Shown piece after piece: positions 18,801-27,188 of a stretch of 64,000 bases of DNA. The first letter of the stretch is position 1. Every line of letters begins with the position of its first letter. Position numbers and translations under genes: made by a program. The notes beneath the pieces were generated by a model. It ran no database searches. It was not told the DNA's origin and saw nothing but the letters and a program-made list of their open reading frames with translations. The DNA comes from Longimicrobiales bacterium (GTDB lineage: Bacteria; Gemmatimonadota; Gemmatimonadetes; Longimicrobiales; Gaopeijiaceae), in contig OZ241869.1 in the NCBI GenBank assembly GCA_965202805.1, positions 2,624,001 to 2,688,000 on the forward strand, given 5' to 3'.

Positions 18801-20725
18801 GCATCGGCGACATGAGCGGCGACGTGTTCGGCAACGGCATGCTGCTGTCGCCATCCATCAGGCTGATCGCGGCCTTCGACCACCGCCACATCTTCATCGA
18901 TCCCGATCCCGATCCGCGCGCATCCTTCGAGGAGAGGGAGAGGCTGTTCCACAAGCCCGGCTCCTCGTGGGCGGATTACGACGCGAGCGTGATGAGCCCC
19001 GGCGGGATCATCGTGCGGCGCGGCTCGAAGGAGGTCGAACTCTCTCCCGAGGCGCACGAGGCTCTGGGCATCGCGGGGGATCCCGGAAGGGTGAGCGGCG
19101 AGGAGCTGGTCCGGCTCGTGCTCCGGGCGGAGGCCGAGCTGTTCTGGAACGGGGGAATCGGCACCTACGTGAAGGGGTCGGACGAGACGCACGCGGACGT
19201 CGCCGATCCCTCCAACATCCCGGTGCGGGTGGATGCGAGCGAGCTTCGCGTCAAGGTGGTGGGCGAGGGCGGCAACCTCGGGCTCACGCAGAGAGCGCGC
19301 ATCGAGTTCGCGCTGGCCGGCGGACGCCTGAACGTGGACGCGCTCGACAACTCGGGGGGCGTCTCCCTCTCGGACCGCGAGGTCAACCTGAAGATCCTGC
19401 TCAACGCGGTGGTCGAGGAGGGGCGCATGACGGTGGCGGAGCGCAACCGCATGCTGCGCGAGCTGGCGGACACCGTCTCCGGGCAGGTGCTCCTCGACAA
19501 CGCCTCGCAGAGCCTGGCGGTGTCGCTCGACCTGGAGCGCGCGCGTGACGGGGTCGACGACTTTCGCCAGCTCATCTCGGAGCTGGAGCGGGACGGCTTC
19601 TTCGACCGCGCCCGCGAGGATCTGCCCACCTGGGAGCAGCTGCTCGAGCGCGACGAGGCCGGCTCCCGCCTGACCCGGCCGGAGCTGTGCGTGCTGCTCG
19701 CGCACGCCAAACTCCACCTGATGCGCCGCCTGCTGAAGGGGACGCTCATCGACGACCCGGTCGCGAGCGGCTACCTGGCGCGCTACTTCCCTCAGGCAGC
19801 CCTGAACGCCGCGGGGGAATCCGGGTTGGCTGTCCACCGGCTGGGACGCGAAATCGTGGCCAGCCAGCTCACCAATGACCTCGTGGACCTGATGGGCGCC
19901 GGATTCGTGCATCGCATGATGCGCGACTCGGGCGCTTCCGCGGATGAGGTGGCGCGGGCCTGGCTGGTGGCTTCCCGGCTCTCGGGACACCGGCAACTCC
20001 TCGCGGACCTGCGGGAGCGCGAGCGCGAGGCCGGGACCGGGGTCGCGTACCGGTGGTACATGGGGCTCAGCCGGGTGCTGGACCGCACGACCCGCTGGGT
20101 GCTGGGCAACGCCGAGCGCGAGGAGATCGACAGCCTGGTCGGCAGGAACTTCACTACCCTGCGCGAGCTGCAGCACATCTTCCCCGACGTGGTGAGCGGG
20201 GAGGACAGGCTGACCTTCGAGCGCCTGGTGTCGGCGATTCAGGAGGTCGGGCCGGGGGCGGATATCGCGCCCGCGCTGGCCACACTGCGTTTCCTGGACC
20301 AGCTCATGGACATCCTGCGCGTGGCCCGCGACACCGGGACCGCGCCGGTGTACGCGGCGCGGGCCTACTACGCGGTGTCGGAACTGCTGGAGATCCCGTG
20401 GCTCCGCCACGCGATCGACGAGTGCGCGCGGGACGAGCGCTGGGAGCAGCGCGCCGCGCGGGCGCTGAACGACGACCTGACGCGCGCGCACCACCGGATC
20501 GCCAACTTCTCGGCGGCCGCGGCGGCCGGGCGGGACGCGCAGCCCGGCGGCGTGGCGCACGTCCTGACCGCGTTGCGCAGCCGGGAGGTGGCCTACTTCG
20601 GCGAGCTGCTCACGGAATTACGCGCCGAGACCACCCTCACCCTGTCCGGGCTGGCGGTGGCGGTGCGCGCCATCATGGTGCTCTCCGAGCGTACCGCGAA
20701 AGGCGCAGGCGCAGACGAACCGTAG
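15800..20725 (+). CDS. gdhB: Large NAD-specific glutamate dehydrogenase
   Basis: 1641 aa; [75 protein letters not shown]. Confidence 0.95.
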   Translation: [1641 protein letters not shown]

Positions 20726-20865
20726 GCGACCGCGGAGCGGAAGAGCGGCTCCCCGGCACGCCGGGTCCGACGCGCGCGGCACCAGCGGGCCGGGGGCCGG
20801 GACGTGACGCTGGCCGGCCGCGAGCCTGGACGTGACGTCAGCCGGCCGGGGGCCGGGATGTGGCG

Positions 20866-21675
20866 CTAGCCGATGCGGTCGATGTAGTCGTCCATCGCGG
20901 CAAGCACCTTCACGACCTCCGACGTGCCTTCCGCCGCGGTGATGTCGGCCGCAAAGTCGAACAGCATAGTGCGAACCGCTGCGCGGTCGATTTCGGCGGG
21001 GGCCGCCTCGGCAGCAGGAGCCGGCGCAGCAGCGGCGGGCTCGGGTTCCGGTGCCGGCGCCGGCTCGGGCTCGGGTGCCGCCGCTACGGGCTCGGGCTCG
21101 GGTTCCGGCGCCGCGGGCGCGCGCCGGGGACGCCGACGAGGCTTGATGCCGGCCGCCGCATCCGCCGCCCGACGAGCGGCCCGCTTCACCTGAAGCGGAT
21201 AGCGCGCGTGGAACTGGCGCTTGGTCAACTCGGCGATTCCGGCGTTCAGTTTGACCGCGCCCTCGAGCAATTCGTCCACCGAAACGTCGGGGTTGTCCTT
21301 CAACTGTCCTTCAACCCAGCTCATGACCTCGGCGTCCGTCGTCGTCTTGCTCTTTGCCGGGGCCGGGGCCGGGGCCGGAGCTTCCTCGGGTGCGGGAGCA
21401 GCTTCCGCGACAGCTTCCGCAGCGGGCTCGGGAGCGGCTTCGGGAGCTTCGGCGGCGGCTTCCGCAGCAGCTTCGGCGGCGGCCGCTGCCGCAGCCCTGC
21501 TGGCGCGCCGCTTTACCTGAAGCGGATATCGCGCATGAAACTGGCGCTTGTTCAGTTCGGCCACATCGGGCTGAAGGATCTTCGCGCCCTCGAAGAGCTC
21601 ATCCACCGTAACTTCCGGATTGTCCTGCAGTTGCTTCTCAACCCAACCCATAACTTCAGCGTCGGTCGCGACCAT
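20866..21675 (-). CDS. Hypothetical protein with two copies of a ~55-aa domain (RQFHARYPLQVKR) and Ala/Pro/Glu linkers
   Basis: Internal duplication TDAEVM.WVE.QL.DNP.V.VDEL.EGA...QFHARYPLQVKR; GGGGAG RBS; ATG at 21675. Confidence 0.75.
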   Translation of the reverse strand: MVATDAEVMGWVEKQLQDNPEVTVDELFEGAKILQPDVAELNKRQFHARYPLQVKRRASRAAAAAAAEAAAEAAAEAPEAAPEPAAEAVAEAAPAPEEAPAPAPAPAKSKTTTDAEVMSWVEGQLKDNPDVSVDELLEGAVKLNAGIAELTKRQFHARYPLQVKRAARRAADAAAGIKPRRRPRRAPAAPEPEPEPVAAAPEPEPAPAPEPEPAAAAPAPAAEAAPAEIDRAAVRTMLFDFAADITAAEGTSEVVKVLAAMDDYIDRIG

Positions 21676-21822
21676 TGATCAATTCTCCCCTGTGTGACGA
21701 GTAAACAGCCAGGAAATCGGTTGCCAGCGCAAACGATAAGGTGTGGCAAAGTGACGCGCAATATCTCTCAGTGCTGACAGAAATATGATCGTGCGACGAA
21801 CGGCGTCCCAGTGTCCCCGGGT

Positions 21823-23373
21823 TCAGAAGTCAATGACGACCGCGAGCCCGAAGGTCTCCTCGAAGAGGTCTTTCTTCTGTGCCACGGTCCAGCGCTCCAG
21901 CAGCACGTCGCCATCGCACTCGGCGCTCAATCGAAGACTGCGCCCGTCCAGCGTGGCCGTGACGGAGCCGATCAGCTGACGACGCTGCCGGTCCAGTCCG
22001 TCCACCAGTCGCAGAATCGCGCCCAGGTGGTCGACCAGCACGCGGTCCCGGGGGGAAAGTGACGTGTAGCGCCGGTGATGCGACCGGGGATGGCTCTTGC
22101 GGTGGTAGCGCGCCACGTTGCCCACAATCGCCATCTCGCGCGCGGAGAGGCCCGGTATTTCCGAGTTGCCGAGAATATAGAGCGTGTGCTTGTGGTGCTT
22201 CTTCATCGCGACGAACACGCCGATATCGTGGAGGATTGCCGCGACTTTCAGGAGATGCCTCGCCTGGGCCCCCTGGCCGTGCAGGGACTCGAGCTGGTCG
22301 AACACGCTGACCGCCAGACGTGCGACATGACGGCCGTGCGCCTCGTCGAACATGTAGCGGCGCCCGAACGACACCGCCGCCTGGGTGAGCTGCTGCTCCT
22401 GCCGGGTGTCGTTGGTGGCCCTGGAATTCAGGTCGGCCATCAGGTCGAGCGTGACGCCCTCCTTGACCCCGATATGCGGAACCAGGATCTCGCGGGTGCC
22501 GGTGAGCTCCGCCAGTCGCCTGAAGACCACGGCGGCCGGCAATATGACGTCGGCGCGGTCGTGCCGCAGCCCCAGCTGTTCGATGCGCTCCGAATACGAC
22601 AGTCGCGCGAGGAGCCCGATGGCGGAATCGAGACCCGAGACGGGCAGCCTGCTGACGCCGTCCTTGCGCATGCCGGGGGCAGCCAGCGCGGCCAGGGCTT
22701 CGATGTTGCCTCCGCAGCCGATGAACCCGGTCGGCTGCCAGTATTGCGCCGGCGCGGGAATGTTCATGACCGCCACATACTCGGAGAGCAGTCGCTGAAA
22801 CGCTCCGGGCTCGTTTCCGGGCTCGGCCAGCCGTTCCAGCAGACGAACCGACCCCATGGAGTGGGTCTCGCTCCACAGCATGCCCGAGTCGTCCACCAGC
22901 GACAGCTCGACGCTGCCGCCGCCCAGATCCACGAGCAGCCAGCGACCGCCCTCCAGGCCGATGCGCGCCGCCACCGCCAGGTGCACCAGCCTCGCCTCCT
23001 CGGATCCGGTAATGGCCTTCAGCCGGATCCCGGTCTCGCGTTCGATCCGCTCGACGAGGAGAGGCCCGTTGCGCGCCTCGCGCACGGCGCTGGTCGCAAC
23101 CGCCCGATAATGCTCGATGTCGAATTGCTTCAGGTACCCCTGGAAGCGCTGGAACGCCTCGACGGTCGCGTCCATGGTCTCGGGAGCCAGTCGTCCGGTG
23201 AGGAAGACCTGGTGCCCCAGCCGAATCGGCACCCGCTCCGAATGGAGCGTGGTGTATTCCGCCGGCGTGGTGAACTCAACGGCCATGAACCGGATCCCGT
23301 TCGACCCCGTGTCGACGCACGCAAGTCGAACCGGGAATTCCACCTGTGCCTCCGGGCCGTTCGGATTCGTCAT
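21823..23373 (-). CDS. ppx: Ppx/GppA exopolyphosphatase with C-terminal HD domain
   Basis: VDTGSNGIR, ATSAVREARN, EEARL, DLGGGSVE, RADVI, AILHDIG, HHKH. Confidence 0.9.
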   Translation of the reverse strand: MTNPNGPEAQVEFPVRLACVDTGSNGIRFMAVEFTTPAEYTTLHSERVPIRLGHQVFLTGRLAPETMDATVEAFQRFQGYLKQFDIEHYRAVATSAVREARNGPLLVERIERETGIRLKAITGSEEARLVHLAVAARIGLEGGRWLLVDLGGGSVELSLVDDSGMLWSETHSMGSVRLLERLAEPGNEPGAFQRLLSEYVAVMNIPAPAQYWQPTGFIGCGGNIEALAALAAPGMRKDGVSRLPVSGLDSAIGLLARLSYSERIEQLGLRHDRADVILPAAVVFRRLAELTGTREILVPHIGVKEGVTLDLMADLNSRATNDTRQEQQLTQAAVSFGRRYMFDEAHGRHVARLAVSVFDQLESLHGQGAQARHLLKVAAILHDIGVFVAMKKHHKHTLYILGNSEIPGLSAREMAIVGNVARYHRKSHPRSHHRRYTSLSPRDRVLVDHLGAILRLVDGLDRQRRQLIGSVTATLDGRSLRLSAECDGDVLLERWTVAQKKDLFEETFGLAVVIDF

Positions 23374-23467
23374 GGCGGGTGTCGGGTCCGGCCCGGGTGT
23401 GGAAGCCGTCTTCGGGAGGAGATGACCGGTATTCGGGAGGGACACTGGCCGCGCGGCGGACGCGCGG

Positions 23468-24052
23468 TCAAGGGTCCGGCCAGTCGTCGAGGAGGACCGC
23501 GGACACGCGGCCGGGCCCGTGGACCCCGGTCACCATGACCTGGCCGATGTCGGCCGACTTGCTGGGACCGGAGTGCAGCGCCAGCGCGGAACCGCCGTCG
23601 CCGCGGCACGCGGCCAGCGCCTCGCCGAGGGTGGCCGCGACCGTCGTAGCGTCCACCAGCACGACGTGGGCCGGCGGGAGCAACTGGGTGCGCCGCCCGT
23701 CCCGGCTGCTCAGCACCAGCGACCCGGACTGGGCGGCCGCCGCGCGCGCCACCGACACGCCGAGCGCGGCGTGCCGGGGCGGGGCCTCGGGAACCGGCAA
23801 CGCCAGGCTCGCGGGAACGCCCGCCCCGTGGCTGACGCTCTCGAACCGGGCGGCGAACCCATGCAGCCACCCGCGCGCCGCGTCCGCGTCGGCGAAGCGG
23901 TGCACCTCGCCCCCTGCCGCGCGAAAGCTGTCCGCGAAGTGCTCCACCGCCCCCGGGGCATCCGGGGCCGCCGTATCCAGTGCGCCGGGATGAGGGGCCC
24001 GGGGTCGGCCCCGGAGCGCCTCACGCACCCGCCGAAGAACCTGCTCCCTCAT
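23468..24052 (-). CDS. lutC: LutC/YkgG lactate utilisation protein (LUD domain)
   Basis: GPSKSADIGQVMVTGVHGP signature; ATG overlaps the lutB stop. Confidence 0.85.
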   Translation of the reverse strand: MREQVLRRVREALRGRPRAPHPGALDTAAPDAPGAVEHFADSFRAAGGEVHRFADADAARGWLHGFAARFESVSHGAGVPASLALPVPEAPPRHAALGVSVARAAAAQSGSLVLSSRDGRRTQLLPPAHVVLVDATTVAATLGEALAACRGDGGSALALHSGPSKSADIGQVMVTGVHGPGRVSAVLLDDWPDP

Positions 24053-25428
24053 TCGATGCCCTCCCGCCAGAGCTCGCGGAAGGAGGTCCGGGACGGCTCC
24101 GGATCCGCCCGCACCTCGCGCCAGCCACCCACCACCGGCAGGGGAACGCGGCGCACCGGCTCGGGGAGCGCGTGCAGCACGCCTCCGGCGGCCCGGTACA
24201 CGCCGGGCCGGGTCGCGACCGCCGTCCACGCCTTCAGGAGCGCGGCCTTGGCGCGCGAATCCATCCCCGCCTCCACCGCCCGCCGGCGCCAGCTCAGCAG
24301 CAGCTCGGGGATCGGGATGCGCACCGGGCACGCCTCCTCGCAGGCGCCGCACAGGCTGGAAGCGAAGGGAAGCGGCATGGCGGCGTGCAGCCCCGCCAGC
24401 CCGGGGTTCAGCACCGACCCGATGGGGCCCGAGTAGACGGCCCCGTAGGCGTGCCCGCCCGTCTGGCGGTAGACGGGGCAGGCGTTTAGGCAGGCGCCGC
24501 AGCGCACGCAGCGGAGCGCCTCCCAAGCCTCGGGGTCGGCGAGTACGTCGGAGCGGCCGTTGTCGACCAGCACGACGTGCACCTCCTCCGGGCCGTCGGG
24601 GTCCTCCGCCGTCCTGGGACCGTGGATCATGGAGACGTAGTTGCCCACCGGCTGCCCGGTCGCCGCCCGTGCCGTGAGCTGCAGGAACACGGCGAGGTCG
24701 CTCCAGCGCGGCAGCAGTTTTTCGATGCCCACCAGCGCCACGTGCACGGGTGGCGCCGAGGTGGTGAGCCGGATGTTGCCCTCGTTCTCGATGAGCGCCA
24801 CGGTGCCGGTCTCCGCCACCAGGAAGTTGCCGCCGGTGATGCCCAGGTCGGCCGCGAGAAAAGCCTCGCGCAGGATCACGCGCGAGACCGCCGCCAGTTC
24901 GTCCGGCGTGGCATCCGGCTCCGTCCCGTGGGTTTCGTGGTACAGCCGGCGGATCTCGTCCAGGCTCAGGTGGATGGCCGGGCCGACGATATGGCTCGGC
25001 GGCTGTTCGAGCAGCTGCAGGATGTACTCCCCCAGATCCGTCTCGAGCACGTCGACGCCGCGCTTCTCCAGCAGCTCGTTCACCTCGAGCTCCTCGGAGA
25101 GCATGCTCTTGCCCTTGACGGCGCGCCGCGCCCCCCGGCGCTTGATGATGCCGGAGAGGATCCGGTGGACATCCTCCTGCGACGCGGCCCAGTGAACCCG
25201 GGCGCCGTTGGCCTCCAGGCGCGTCTCGGCCTCCTCGAGATATCGGTCCAGATGGGTGAGCAGGTGCGTCTTCACCCCTTCCGCCCAGCGCCGCCATTCC
25301 TCCGCGGCCACCCCCGCGTACGCGGCCCGGCGGTGTGCGTCGAAGGTCAGGGTCGCCCCGGTCACGGACGCGCGCACATCCCCGCTCTCGCGGGCGCGCT
25401 TGGGGTATTCGCGGCTACGAATCTCCAC
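24049..25428 (-). CDS. lutB: LutB/YkgF lactate utilisation Fe-S protein
   Basis: KGKSMLSEE, ETDLGEYILQ, PSHIVGPAIH, ENEGN, CVRCGACLNACPVY, SSLCGACEEACP. Confidence 0.92.
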   Translation of the reverse strand: MEIRSREYPKRARESGDVRASVTGATLTFDAHRRAAYAGVAAEEWRRWAEGVKTHLLTHLDRYLEEAETRLEANGARVHWAASQEDVHRILSGIIKRRGARRAVKGKSMLSEELEVNELLEKRGVDVLETDLGEYILQLLEQPPSHIVGPAIHLSLDEIRRLYHETHGTEPDATPDELAAVSRVILREAFLAADLGITGGNFLVAETGTVALIENEGNIRLTTSAPPVHVALVGIEKLLPRWSDLAVFLQLTARAATGQPVGNYVSMIHGPRTAEDPDGPEEVHVVLVDNGRSDVLADPEAWEALRCVRCGACLNACPVYRQTGGHAYGAVYSGPIGSVLNPGLAGLHAAMPLPFASSLCGACEEACPVRIPIPELLLSWRRRAVEAGMDSRAKAALLKAWTAVATRPGVYRAAGGVLHALPEPVRRVPLPVVGGWREVRADPEPSRTSFRELWREGIE

Positions 25429-26182
25429 CGGCCGCCTCCCAGAGAACGTCGGCAAGATGGCGCACGGCGAGCTCCTGCCCGCGCGTTCGCATGCGGCCCG
25501 AGAGCTGGAGCAGGCAGCCGCAGTCGGCGGAGGTCAGGAAATCGACTTCACCCGCATCGGCGAGTGTGTCCAGCTTGCGATCGGCCATCCCCGCGGAAAC
25601 CTGGGGGAAGCTCACCGAGAACAGGCCTCCGAACCCGCAGCATTCCTCGGCCGCCGCCCACGGCACCACTTCCGCCCCGGCGTTGGCCATCAGCGCGAGC
25701 GGCTCCTCGCGGATGCCCAGCTCGCGCAGGGCGTGGCACCCGTGATGGTACGCGACCCGGCGTCCCTCGAGGCCCTGCCCCAGGTCCGTGACCTCGAGCA
25801 CCCGCACCAGGAACTCCGCCAGCTCGAAGGTGCGCCCGGCGAGGTCGGCCACCTGCCCGGACAGGCCGTCGTCCTCATGGAAGAGATGGGCGTAGAAGCG
25901 CCGGAGCATGGAGGCGCAGCTCCCCGAGGGAAGCACCACGTACTCGCTCTCGCGGAAGACCTCGAGGGTGTGCCTGGCCATGCGGCACGCCTCGGCGTCC
26001 CGGCCCGCGTTGAAGGCGGGCTGCCCGCAGCAGGTCTGCGCCTCGGGGAAGTCCACCTCGACGCCCAGCTTCCTCAGGAGCCGCACGGCCGAGGCGGCGG
26101 CATCGGCGTAGAAGTGGTCGCCCAGGCAGGTGACGAAGAGGGACGCGCGCACGGGTCTCGGCAATGGCCCCGGCTCAGGCAT
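25415..26182 (-). CDS. lutA: LutA/YkgE CCG-domain Fe-S protein
   Basis: LFVTCLGD, QTCCGQPAFNAG, PSGSCA, YHHGCH, ECCGFGGLF, DCGCL. Confidence 0.92.
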   Translation of the reverse strand: MPEPGPLPRPVRASLFVTCLGDHFYADAAASAVRLLRKLGVEVDFPEAQTCCGQPAFNAGRDAEACRMARHTLEVFRESEYVVLPSGSCASMLRRFYAHLFHEDDGLSGQVADLAGRTFELAEFLVRVLEVTDLGQGLEGRRVAYHHGCHALRELGIREEPLALMANAGAEVVPWAAAEECCGFGGLFSVSFPQVSAGMADRKLDTLADAGEVDFLTSADCGCLLQLSGRMRTRGQELAVRHLADVLWEAAGGDS

Positions 26183-27188
26183 CGAACCCGGAGCTGCGCA
26201 CCAGGTCCAGTCCTTTGGTGACGATGAGGCCCTCGGCGCCGTCGACGCGTTCCAGCAGCTCGATGCCGTGGACGGGGCCCAGCACCATCGCTGCGGTGGC
26301 GAGGGCGTCGGCGTCCATGGCGGACGGGGCCACCACCGTGGCGGCGCTGGCGTGGCCGGGCGAGGCGCCCGTGCGCGGGTCGATGATGTGGTGATGGCGG
26401 AGGTCGGTGGTGTGGGCCCGCAGGTAGTCGCCCGAGGTGGCCACCCCCTGGTGGCGCACCTCGATCGTCCCCAGCAGCGTCCCCGGCTCGCGCGGGTGCT
26501 CCACTCCCACCGGCCATCCCGTCCCCGCCACCTCCCCCTCCCCGGCCGAGATGTCGCCACCCCCGTCGGCCAGCACGCCCGCGGCCCCCGCGCCCGTGAC
26601 CCACTCGACCACCCGGTCGAGGATGTACCCTTTGGCGATGCCGTCGAGCGAGACCGTCATGCCCGGGCGCGCGAACGCGATGCCCGCCGCATCCAGCCGG
26701 ACGTGCCGATACCCGACCCGCGACATGGCGTGCTCCACGGCGGCTTCCGCGGGCGGTGCGCCGGTTTCGGCGAAGCTGCTCCGGTAGAGCTCCATCAGCG
26801 GGGCCACGGTGGGGTCGAAGGCGCCGCCGGTCAGCTCGGCGAAGTGCAGGGCGCGGCGCACGACCGCCACCAGTTCGGGCGGCGGATCATGCAGAACCCC
26901 GTCCCGGTTGAGGCGGGACACCGGCGTGTCGGGCCGGTAGCCGCTGAAGACCGCTTCCAGCCGATCGATCTCGTCGAAAGCGGCGGCGGCCAGCTCACGC
27001 GCCCGCGCGGCCTCGGGGTGCACCACCCTGACCTGCACCAGCGTGCCCATGCGGGTTCGGGTGTCGCTCGCGCCGTGCAGCCCGGCCCGGCGCAGGACCG
27101 CCGCCGTGAGTCCGCCGCCCATCGCCAGCAGCAGGCCCGCCGCCCCGCCGATCCGCAGCGCCTTGCGGCGGGAGATGCCCTCACGCAC
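26175..27188 (-). CDS. apbE: FAD:protein FMN transferase ApbE
   Basis: Tat-like SRRKAL leader; MGT, GAFDPTV, LDGIAKGY, ATSGDY, HIIDPRTG, ADALATA. Confidence 0.92.
   Translation of the reverse strand: MREGISRRKALRIGGAAGLLLAMGGGLTAAVLRRAGLHGASDTRTRMGTLVQVRVVHPEAARARELAAAAFDEIDRLEAVFSGYRPDTPVSRLNRDGVLHDPPPELVAVVRRALHFAELTGGAFDPTVAPLMELYRSSFAETGAPPAEAAVEHAMSRVGYRHVRLDAAGIAFARPGMTVSLDGIAKGYILDRVVEWVTGAGAAGVLADGGGDISAGEGEVAGTGWPVGVEHPREPGTLLGTIEVRHQGVATSGDYLRAHTTDLRHHHIIDPRTGASPGHASAATVVAPSAMDADALATAAMVLGPVHGIELLERVDGAEGLIVTKGLDLVRSSGFDA

Noticed and set aside
15566..20560. 1664-aa minus-strand ORF
   Set aside because: Antisense shadow of gdhB; the same applies to 7618..10170, 29582..32188, 39660..43187 and 43827..46223
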